Of a DNA stretch of 64,000 nucleotides, positions 1-26,921 are shown in pieces. The stretch is from Phaeosaccion multiseriatum. Lineage: Eukaryota; Protista; Ochrophyta, other classes. Both the position numbers and the translations under genes were made by a program. The notes under the pieces are model-generated. The model saw only the letters and a list, made by a program, of their open reading frames with translations, was not told the origin of the DNA and did not search any database. The stretch's first letter is position 1, and every line of letters starts with the position of its first letter. The DNA lies in the NCBI GenBank assembly GCA_965112735.1, contig OZ218952.1, positions 2,046,001-2,110,000 of the forward strand, read 5' to 3'.

Positions 1-16542
<16,542 letters not shown>

Positions 16543-17184
16543 GAGATGGAGCGAAAGAGCAATGTGTCTGTCCTGCGATGAGAGAGAGGAGGGTCCTGCG
16601 ATTCAATGGAATGGATGCCGCCGATTAGAGAGAGAAGGCAGCAGCAGCAGCAGCAGCAGGAGGAGGAGGTCCTTCGTGTCAGTTCGAGGAGAAACAGAGA
16701 AAGAAGAGGAGGGAGAGAAAGGGAGAGAGGAAACAGAGAGAGAAGCGTGAAGGAAGGCCATTCATTGGACAAAGGGAATCCCCCAGAGGCAGTCGCCTTG
16801 CGCGCAGCCACGGATGGCACCCAATGGCAATTGGAATAACAGTTACACTTTCCCCTCTTTTCCTAATAGTGATTGTTTCTATTGTTTCTATATGTCTCGC
16901 TTCTATTATCCTCACACTAGTAAGTTGTGTGGAGTGTTAGAATTGTTTTGTTCACGCAAGAAGTACGTCTCTCATCCCTCTATGGTACACAGTAGCTTCT
17001 ATCGCTGCGCAACCGGCACAAAGCCTTCCTAACCCTAATTAACAAGCGACAAACGCAGCGCACGGCTGCTTTTGTATAATGGCTGTGCGCTCCAACAACA
17101 GCGCTTGTATTGTACACCCCTGTACAGCTGCATCGCTGTACAGCTGGAGCCGCGGCTGCTGCTGTGGCTGTTGCTGCTGTGGCT

Positions 17185-20118
17185 TTATTTGGTCACTTTC
17201 GGTGGCCGTGGCTTCTCTCCCCTGCTGCTGTAGGCGCTCTCTTCCCACTGACGGGCAAGCCATGGGCTGATGAGCTCGTAGCTCAGGAACATTATGGCCG
17301 TGTTCTGTGACACGGCAGTTGGTGATACAGACAAGAGGCACAGACAGGCACCAAGGGGCAAGCGGGTAGCGTGTCAGCGACTACGACTCCTCCTCCTCTT
17401 CCTCCTCCTCCTCCTCCTGCTCCCCCTCCTCCTCTCCCTCCTCCTCCTCCTCCTCCTCCTCCTCCTCCTCCTCCTCCTCCTCCTCCTCCTCCTCCTCCTC
17501 CACTCCCTTCGCCTCCCGCAGCCCCCCCCCCCCTTCCCTGCTTACCGGCACGACTCTGAGTATATGCACGCCCATGCCGGCGTAGAGTCCGTGGCGCCCC
17601 TCCTCCCTGGCTATGAGGCCGATGCTCTGCCACATGCCCTTGTACTTGTACACCCCGCCACGGGCCTGACGTAAGGTTACGGGAGTGCGTGGCGTGTTGT
17701 GTATGTATGTGTGTGTGAGGGAGAGAGGGAGAGAGAGAAGGAAGACCAAGCACGCGGGTACACATAGCAGACCGATAGAGAGGGAGGAAAGAGAGAGCGA
17801 GGGAGGGGAGAGAGGAGTAGCACGCATGCACGCACGCACACCCGGACGTACCAATATAGAAGGGGAGAAGCGACACCAGCAGAAAGAAGGGACAGCAGAG
17901 CAGAGCAGAGCAGAGCAGAGCAGAGCAGAGCAGTTGGTGATAGAGAGCTGGGGTCGTTGAGCCACCACACCCCACCATCATCGACCCTCTTCGATCACAC
18001 ACACACACATACACACGTACACACGTACACACACCAGTACAAACACACACACGCATACACACGTACACACACACACGCACACACCTGTTCTCTTAATCGA
18101 GTCCTCACCACCTCATGGGGGTATCTGGAAAGAGCAGATGGCAGTGGGTGGCAGTGGATGGAGAGGGGAGGAGGGGAGGGAGGGAGGAAGGGGGTGGGAA
18201 GGAGAGAGAGGAAGGGAGGGGAGAGGGTGAGACCAAGCCAACCATCATCTACTCGTGGCCCACCCCACCCCACCCCATCCCATCCCACCCCTCCACTCCC
18301 TCCTGTCCCTCGCCTTGCACCTCTCCTCTGACTGAACTCACTCCTCTGACTAAACTCACTCCTCTGACTGAACTCACGTGAGGAGAGTGCCTGTGAGCTT
18401 GCTGACAGCCGCGGCGCCGAACAAATCGGCAGCTCGCAGCCTGCCCTCCCCTCGCGCCCCCCCCCCTGCTCCATCCCCCCCCCCCCCCTCGCTCTCCTCG
18501 CTCTGAGTCCTGCGCCTCTCTCCGAGAAGATTCTTAATTCTCTCGTACATGACGAATTGGATGCACCCCTCGCTGCAGCCCCAGTAAGAAGCAGACAGAC
18601 CCTGCAGGCACAAATAAGTAAGTCAATGGGTGGGTATCGTAAGTCAATGAGTGTGTGTGTAAGGGTGGGTGAGTGGGTGAGTGGCTCGACTGATCTCATT
18701 GCTATACACTACAGTAACGCACCTTATAGAAGCCCTTGATGCCCTCGGCCTTGTAGATGGAGGCAATGGCGTTTCGGTACCCCGTGTACTTGACCTGGCC
18801 GATGGCGGAGTTGCTCAGAAGCTGCATCCGGGTCTTGACCTGGGAGGGACAGGGAGGGTGGCAAAAAGTCAGTCAGTCAGTCAGTCAGTCAGTCAGGCAG
18901 TCAGTCAGTCAGTGAGTCAGCGAGTCAGGCCGTCAAGTACTTCTCCCTCCCTCCCTCCCTCCCTTTCTCCCCCTCTCCCTCTCTCTCCGTACCATCCAGA
19001 TGGGGTTGGTGATAGTGTTGCCCGTTACCCCCGCGGAGAGGCCTGCGATCATGTGCGTGATTGAGTTGTCTCCGATACGAGGCGTCAGGAACTCCTGCTC
19101 CGAGAGAGAGAGAAAGAGAGAGGGACGGACAGAGGACACACAGAGAGAGAGAGAGAGGCAGAGAGGGCATGGAGGAGGAAGGGGAGAGAGAGAGAGGGAT
19201 AGAGGAGGGAGGGAGGGAGAGATGTTGAACAAAGATAGCGGCAATCGATTTGTAAACATGCAAAGGAAGAAAGTTAAGAGGAGCGCGCGAGGAGGAGTCA
19301 GTCATCACAGCACAGCCGGGAGGGCACTCTCATGGGGAGGGGAGGGGAGTAGAGTAGAGGCCTATATATATAATATATATATATATATACATATATATAT
19401 GGAGAGAGAGAGAGGTGCTTTGCTTCTTGTCCACGCACCTTGCAAGTACTGTAGGACCAAAAGTAGGTGGCGCGGGCAGGGATGATCCCAATCAGGGTCG
19501 GACTGAGACCTCGAAAAAAGCCCTTGACTGGTGATGGAAATAGGGACGACAGAGGTAAAGAGGGTGAGATGCGAGAGACAGGGGACCACGGGGGCAGGGG
19601 ATGATGGGAAGGCGACGGAGCGTCAAGACGGATCCCCACTCTCCCCCCCCCTCTCTCTCTATGCCCACAGGGTGTCCATGTGTGCACGGAAGAGTACCAC
19701 TGACGGAGAGGAGAAGCAACACTGGCAAGGCTTTGCAGAGAAACGCTTCTCCTGCCGTGTCAAAGGGGTCAGGGACAGAGGAGATAGCGAGAGGGGGAGA
19801 TGGAGAGGGAGAGCGAAGGAGCTCGAGAGGGAGGGAGACAGAGAGGGAGGCAGAGGGAGAGCGCGTGTGCGCTGAAGTCACTGACCTCCTTCCTCGGAGG
19901 AGATCTTCTTGACCACAGCGAGTGGTCCCCCCACACTACCATGTCCACTGCTTTGCAGCTGCGTCTTGACCACCTCAATAGGGCAGGTCAGAGCGGAGGC
20001 GATTGACCCCGCTGCACCTCCTGATATGAGGCTGAACAACTGAGAGGTTGGTGCTGCTTCGCCATTGTTGGCCGGATGGGCTACGCCCTTTCCACTGCCC
20101 TTTCTACTGTCGCTGGTC

Positions 20119-20162
<44 letters not shown>

Positions 20163-20441
20163 CTTCTCCTTCCTACTTCTTCTATTCTCTCTATTACTAC
20201 TGCAGTCTCTCTTGACTGAGTCTACGACGCCTTTGGCCCACCCTCCTGCGCTTGCCGCTGCATCCTGCGCCCGTCCCTTGAAGGACGTGAATACCTCTAT
20301 TGGTGGAGAGTCCCTACTCTGTGGCAGCTTGATGGAGCCCAAGGTCCTCCTCGCTGCCAAAACACATGATGATGTCGCCAAAGGCAGCACCAGCAGAAGA
20401 AGCAGCAGAGGCTGAAGGAGCTCTCGCCCGCTCCGAGGCAT
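17185..20441 (-). CDS. Mitochondrial carrier family protein, Rim2/SLC25A33/SLC25A36 (pyrimidine-nucleotide carrier)-like, with a signal-peptide-like N-terminal extension; 8 exons
   Basis: Exons 20441-19886, 19527-19439, about 19094-18993, 18839-18723, 18601-18378, 18124-18085, 17665-17546 and 17304-17185 join in phase. Three carrier signatures PIEVVKTQLQ, PIWMVKTRMQ and PHEVVRTRLRE, plus GIIPARATYFWSY and RVVPNTAIMFLSYE, typical of the Rim2/SLC25A36 subfamily. Confidence 0.92.
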
Positions 20442-20571
20442 TGGCTACAAGTAGCCGTGAGCCCCCAGGACGGAAGTCCTACCTCGGCAGCGGAGAAATT
20501 CGGAAATTGGGCCGTTCCGAGGGGCGGCGGGAGAGCACTTTATTGACTTATTTAATAAGTTTATTGACTTA

Positions 20572-20888
20572 CTGTGATTTCGCGGTTGAGTGGCACTTTC
20601 TGACGCCAAATGACGATTACTTTGACGACGTTTGACGACTTTTGACTTTTGAACCCCTTTTTTACCCAGTTTAAAGCCCTGTTTGACGCACTTTGACGCC
20701 CTTTGACGCCCTTTTATCTTAATTCGCCTTAATTTCGTCTAAAAAAAATCACGTAAGCGTCAAATAGGGCTTTTAAAGTGAGTAAAGAAGGGATTCAAAC
20801 GTCGTCAAACGTCGTCAAAGTAATCGTCATTTGGCGTAAAAAAAAATTCACGGGGCGTCAAAAGTGCCACTCAACCGCGAAATCACAG
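20572..20888. mobile_element. 317-bp non-autonomous DNA transposon (MITE) with TA target duplication, Tc1/mariner-like
   Basis: Terminal inverted repeat CTGTGATTTCGCGGTTGAGTGGCACTTTYTGACGCC at both ends, extending as imperfect inverted arms of about 130 bp; TA at 20570-20571 and 20889-20890; several internal TTTGACG/CGTCAAA motifs; AT-rich; no ORF. Confidence 0.88.
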
Positions 20889-21531
20889 TAAGAAACTGAA
20901 AGTCTGATTGTGAAGTGCGAGTGGAGGAGGGGCTGGCGGCGATTGTATCACCACCTCGCCATGTCATTGGGAGGAAGGAGGGGCTCTACAGGAACTGTGT
21001 GAGAGAGAGGTGGGGAGAAGTACAAGAGAGAAGGGGGGGGGGAAGGACCGAGTGAGACAGAGAGAAACAGAGAGGGATGAGAGAGTCAGGACAGATGGGC
21101 AGTCTCCATCAAAACAAGTGGAGAGGGATTCTGATGAATTGGAATTGTATTCAGAGCGAAGCACCGACGACGGCACTGAAGGCTTTATGCTGTAGGGCTA
21201 TAGCAGAGCCACCGACTGTTGTATCACCAACTGCAACTGCTTCTATGACTTGTCTGTTGTATCTTCCCCTTCTTCTGTTGGTCTTGCTGACTTACTATTC
21301 CTGTCCCCCGCGTCCGTTCTCTCTCCCGCTTCCCACCCGTTCCTTTCCCTCCTGTTGCCCCACCCCACCCCTCCAGCACCGAACACTTGACCACCAAAGA
21401 GAACAAAACCGTTTCATCGAACCAACCCTTACAAAAGCAGCAAATCGACTCAAAACCACACAACGCAACGATTAACTGACTAGGTGGGTGGACTCAATCA
21501 AACGCATGGGCATGGGGCCCACAAATACAAA

Positions 21532-24500
21532 TCAATGGCCCAGCAGCTTCTGCACCAGGCTCTGCCTGCTCTCCTCCTCCTCAACCATGAGAGCCTCCCC
21601 CACCACCACCACGCTCACCCCATCCACCGAGGCCACTTCCTGCACATCGGCGGGGGTGGAGAGCCCACCCTCTGCGATGATGACGGGGGGTTTGTCCATT
21701 GAGGCGAGCTTGGCCTGGACAGAAGGGTCAGACAGGATGCGCGATACACGGCCCTTGTCCACAGTCCAAGTGGCGAGGTTACGGCAGGAGACACTCACCT
21801 GTGGAGAGGAGGAGATGAGAGAGTGAGTGGGAGGGGAGGCGGTTAAAGGGGGGTGCAGAGGGAGGAGGAGGAGGAGGAGGAGGAGGAGGAGGAGGAGGAG
21901 GGGGGTTGAGGGGGAGGAAGAGGATTCAGAAGAGGGGGAGGGGGAGGGGGGAGGGGGGAACCTCTCAGTTTCAGTGTCAATTTTCAATCAGTGTGAAAGA
22001 AGAGCCATCCAACCGAGCGCGCTATCGTGTTGAAGTGGGTGGGTTGGGTCCATGAAACTGAAACTCACCATCTCCACATCGGCCAGGTCTAGGGCCAGCA
22101 GCATCTGAGGCACAGAGCAAACCGTTACCACCGCCTGTGGGGTGGATGGCAGTGGATGGGGGGAAGGGAGGAGTGGGTGGTCAGAGAGGGAATACAAGCA
22201 CCAACACGCGGGCATATGGGCACAGAGTCAGAGAGAGAGGGAGAGGGAGAGAGAGGGAGAGAGCAGGGAGAGAGGGAGAGGGAGAGAGGGAGAGAGAGCG
22301 AGAGCCGGGAGAGAGAGAGGGAGAGAGAACGTGTGCGAGACTCCCTTGCTCTCCGCAGACAACACCAACACTAGCAGGCACACCCACTCACCCACCCACC
22401 TACCCACCCACACACATGCACACACACACATACGCACACACATACACGCACACATACACACGCACATGCACGCACGCACACACACACATACACACGCACG
22501 CACGCACCTGCAGGCCCACGGCCTTTGCGATTTTGTGAAAGTAGATGAGATCCTTCGGGGGCAGGCCCGGCACAATGAGCTTCACCGCATCCGCCCCTGC
22601 CAATCGAGCCTAAAGGCGTATAGGCAAAGAGAGACAGAGGGAGGAGAGAGGGAGGGAGGGGGGAGAAGAGGGTAAGTGAGAGAGGGAGGGAGGGAGGGAA
22701 AAGTCCTTTCCCTACCCTATACCCTATACTCCATACCCGACTGTACGCCCCCCACCGTATACCCCATACCCTATACCCTATACCCTATACCCCCTACCCC
22801 ATATCCCATATCCTATACCCCATACCCCATACCCTACTCTACATCCTATACCCGACACTCCATGCTCTATACACCATACCCTATACCCCATACCCTACTC
22901 TACACCCTATACCCGACACTTCATGCCCCACACCCCATGCCACTCAATACCCTATACCCCATGCCCCATACCCCATACCCCATACCCCGTACCCCACACC
23001 CTATACCCCATACCCCATACCCGTATACCCCTATACCCCATACCCCTATACCCCCATACCCCTATACCCCATACCCTATACCCGAACATCCATACATCCA
23101 TATACCCATATACCTATATTCCCATATACCTGGTAGATTTGGTAGGGATAGACCACCATATCGCTGCTGAGCACAGGGGCGGTGGTGCCCTCCTTGGCGT
23201 CCGTCAGGTCATCAAGAATGCCCCCAAAGAAGGAGCGGTCAGTGCATACAAAGAAGGCAGCCGCTGCAGGGGAGAGGGTGTTGGTCAGGGCGGTGGGTTT
23301 GTAACCGTCCTCCTCGAAGAGAGGCCCGCTGAGGGGGGCTGAGCATTTGATCTGGGGGAGGGAGAGGGAGGAGGGAGAGGGAGGGGAGGAGGAGGAGGAG
23401 GAGGAGGAGGAGGAGGAGGAGGAGGAGGAGGAGGAGGCGGAGAAAGAGGGGGGGGGGGGGGCAATCGAAAAGGAGAGGATTCAATCAGAGGCGACTTACA
23501 GAGATAAGAGGGTACCGCCCAAACAGCGCACCCCTGCCTGCCTCCTCGGGACACTTCTCTTCTGTTCCTCACCTCGGCTATGAGTGCCAGTTTGTTGGCC
23601 GACTTGTCCACCGCTTGCCTCAACGCCCCCACGAAGTCTCTGGGGGCGAGGGCGGGGTCCATAGCGAAGGCTTTAACCTGCGAAGGGGAGGGGAAGGGAG
23701 GGGAGGGGAGGAGTGGAGGGAAGGGTAGGAGAGGCGGAGGAAAGCCAGTAAGTAGCATTGAGAGTATGTAAGCGAGAGAAGAGGGAGGGAGGGAAGTGAA
23801 GCAAGCCTGCACACCCACCCACGCACCCACTTACCTTGCTCACGAGCATGGCGAGTGGCTTGGCGTCCCTCTGCCTGTCCACCTCCTTCTCCTTTTGCCA
23901 CACCCAAGCCTCCAGGCGGTTAGAGGGCTGCCTCATCTTCTCCGCGACAGAGTACTCCACAGGTCCTGGTAGGATAAGGGATGGCAGTGGACGGCGGTGG
24001 ATGGGAGGCGGGGGATGGCAGTGTGTGTGTGAGGGAGAGAGAGAGGTAGATGTAGAGAGAGGTAGAGGTAGAGAGGGAAAGAGAGAGGGAGAGAGGGAGG
24101 GAGAGAGGGAGGTAGAGGTAGAGAGGGAAAGAGAGAGGGAGAGAGAGAGCACACACACAGACAGGTAGAGGTAGAATGCACACACACATTGAGAGAGAGA
24201 GGAAGAGGTAGAGAGAGGGGGAGGCGGTCTGCGAGGCAAATGCCAAGCCGGTGAAGCCTTCTCTTCCCCCTTCCCTTCCCTCCCCTTCCCACCCACTGCC
24301 ATCCACTGCCATCCACTGCCATCCATGCTGTCCGTACCTGTATTGAGGGTGCGCCCCGCCTGCAAGTCCCTTCTGCGGATCTCAAAGTTGGGATCGTCAT
24401 CCGAAACCGTCCGGTCCTCATCATCATCGTCATCATCCACACCCACCCCCTCGCCTCCTCCCCCTTCAGAGGCACCCTCACCCCCCTCCCCAACCCCACC

Positions 24501-26884
24501 CCTCCCCTTGTTGAGTGCGTAGGCCGTGCTGGAAACCATCGCCTCCCGTGACTTAGGTGAGAGCACCATGAATCCCGTGCTGCTGCCGAGAACAGCGGTG
24601 GGTGTGCCTCGGCGCAGCTGCCCAATGGCTCCGTTGGAGAAGAAACCGCCGATGGGTAAGCTCGTGGTGGAGGCGAATTTGGAGGCTTCGTGGTTCTCAC
24701 GTTCGAACAGGGTGAAACCGCGGTCGAAGCTGGGGTAGATGAGGCACCCAACCGGCTGTTGAGTGATCGGGGTGGGGTGGGGTGGGGTGGGGGGGTGGAG
24801 GAAGAGAAGAAATGGGAGGTCTCTGAATCCCCAAGCCGTGTTGTGGCCCTTTTCGTTCCTTCCTTATACAGTGTGGCCATTGACTTCGAGCTCACTCACC
24901 ACAGCATCACAACACACAGTCCGAGTCGAGTCGAGTTCGTGGGTACCTCTCCAGCCACTCCCTCACTCTCTCCCTCCCTCCCTCACTCACTCACTCACTC
25001 ACTCACTCACTCACCCACTCACTCTTCTCTTCTTCGCTCTCTCCCTCCTCTCTCCCTTCACTCACCTGAAAGGGGGCATCCTCCCCCTCCTTCTCCGCCT
25101 CCTCCCTCCCCTCTCTGTACTCGTCCAGTGTGTCATTGAGCTCTTTCTCTGCACTTTCTCTATTGCGCACAAAGAAGCGCACCCTCTGTCCGTTTCCGAG
25201 TTTGGATCCGAGTGTGCAAGCACCCGTCTTCATGTTAGAGCGGGAGATGGATTGCACCTGTCGTTGACATACAGAAGGGACCGAGGAAGGGGGTGAGAGT
25301 GAGTGTGAGTGTGAGTGTGTGTACACTCCACACCTACACCTACACATACACACACACGAACAGACACTGAGGCAGGGGGAGAGGGAAGAGCAGTGAGTGA
25401 GCGTGTTCCTACTTCCTCCACGCACTCACACACACCCTCACACTCACTGACTTACCAGGAACCGCCTGCTGTCCTCCAAGGAGGGCGTGCTTGTGCTGTC
25501 GGGGTCCTTCATGCCCGCCATGCGCTTCTTGTCCTCCAAGTTGGAGCCGTAGCCGCTCTGGGTATACGGGGTATATGGTAGGGTAGGGTATAGGGCATAG
25601 GGTAAGCGAGGGTAGGGTAGGGTAGGGTAGGGAAGGGGAGGGTGGGATAGGGTAGGGTAGGGTAGGGTAGGGTAGGGTAGGGTGGGGTAGGGTAGGGTAG
25701 GGTAGGGTGGGGTAGGGTAGGGTAGGGTAGGGTAGGGTAGGGTAGGATGGGGTAGGGTAGGGTAGGGTAGGGTAGGGTGGGGTAGGGTAGGGTACGGAAG
25801 TGGAGGCTAGGGCATACGGTAGGGTAGACAGCGATGGATGGATGAAGCGGGGCAAAACCAGCGGCGAAAGCACTACCCCCCACCCCCCCCTCCTCCCCCT
25901 CTCTCCCTCTCTCCCCCCCTCCACCCTCCACCCCACCACCTCACCGTCAAAGGCTCTATCCCCAGCAATGTGCCGCTCTGCATCTTACGACTGGCATTGG
26001 GCGGCAGTTGCCTCTGGATGAGCTTGGCCGCTGCAAGGGGGGGCATCACAGGCTGGAGCTTGTCCTCCTGACGGCCCCCTACGGCAGCGATGGGCGACAC
26101 CGCCTGTGTATGTGTGTGCGCAGGAGGAGGTGTTGGCAAGTGACAGTTTCATCAGTTTCAGGGTATGAATTACTCCGTCACTTGCAGGGTCCATCGACAC
26201 TATACACTATCGAGCACATGGAATAGCCTCATCTCACTCACTCCCTCACCTGCAGGGTCTGGTCCTCGAACTTCTCCACTGAGAAGAGCGGCCCAACTGC
26301 CGCGGCCCCCTGACTGAAGGCCGTCTTGGCAGCGATGTCGCCAAGGAGGGCCACCCCGACCAGCCCCTGTACAAGTGGGTGCATACGTGGGTGTGTGCGT
26401 GTGGTGTGTGTGTATGTGGCGTGTGTGTATGGCAAATGTGTGTGTGGAGGGATTGTGAAGCTGGGTGGGTGGGTATGGGTGGGTGTGTGCGTGCGGCCGT
26501 GTGTGTCTGTACGTGTGTATGTACCGCCACCCCCCCGCCTGAACAGGAAGAATACCCCCTAGCGAAGAGAAACCCCCCTAACGAGGAGTCACTCAGTAAC
26601 CCCCCTAACGAGGAGTCACTCAGTAACCCCCACCCCACCCACCTCTCCGTACACCACGGGGTTGGACACGGGTCCGTCGAGGTCTTCATCGATACCCGCA
26701 AACACCTTCGGACAAGCACGACACACAGTGAGAGTTTCCGTTTCAGTTGAGTAAGCCTTGCTTCCTTCCTTCTTCAATGCCATTGGCAAGACATGGCAGA
26801 GCCTTCGAGAGACATCGGTGGACCTCTTTGGCGTACTGCTAAATCAATTGGAAGAACGAGCCATCGGTCGATACGCCATACGTC

Positions 26885-26921
<37 letters not shown>

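Noticed and set aside
20636-20660. MITE segment TTTTGAACCCC matches repeats 11-21 of the predicted PPR target (YUUUGAAYYYY)
   Set aside because: An 11-nt pattern with five degenerate positions is expected about once by chance in 128 kb of both strands, and flanking positions mismatch
21532-23965. Annotating this region as a stand-alone functional trpC
   Set aside because: It has no start or leader of its own, is in frame with upstream FIST exons, and lacks the catalytic Lys and Glu, so no gene symbol was given
22710-25793. Telomere-like arrays (TACCCTA)n and (GGGTA)n, plus isolated CCCTAA near 17030 and 36825
   Set aside because: Units differ from TTAGGG/TTTAGGG, the arrays lie within introns and follow the general intron polarity, and isolated hexamers are uninformative
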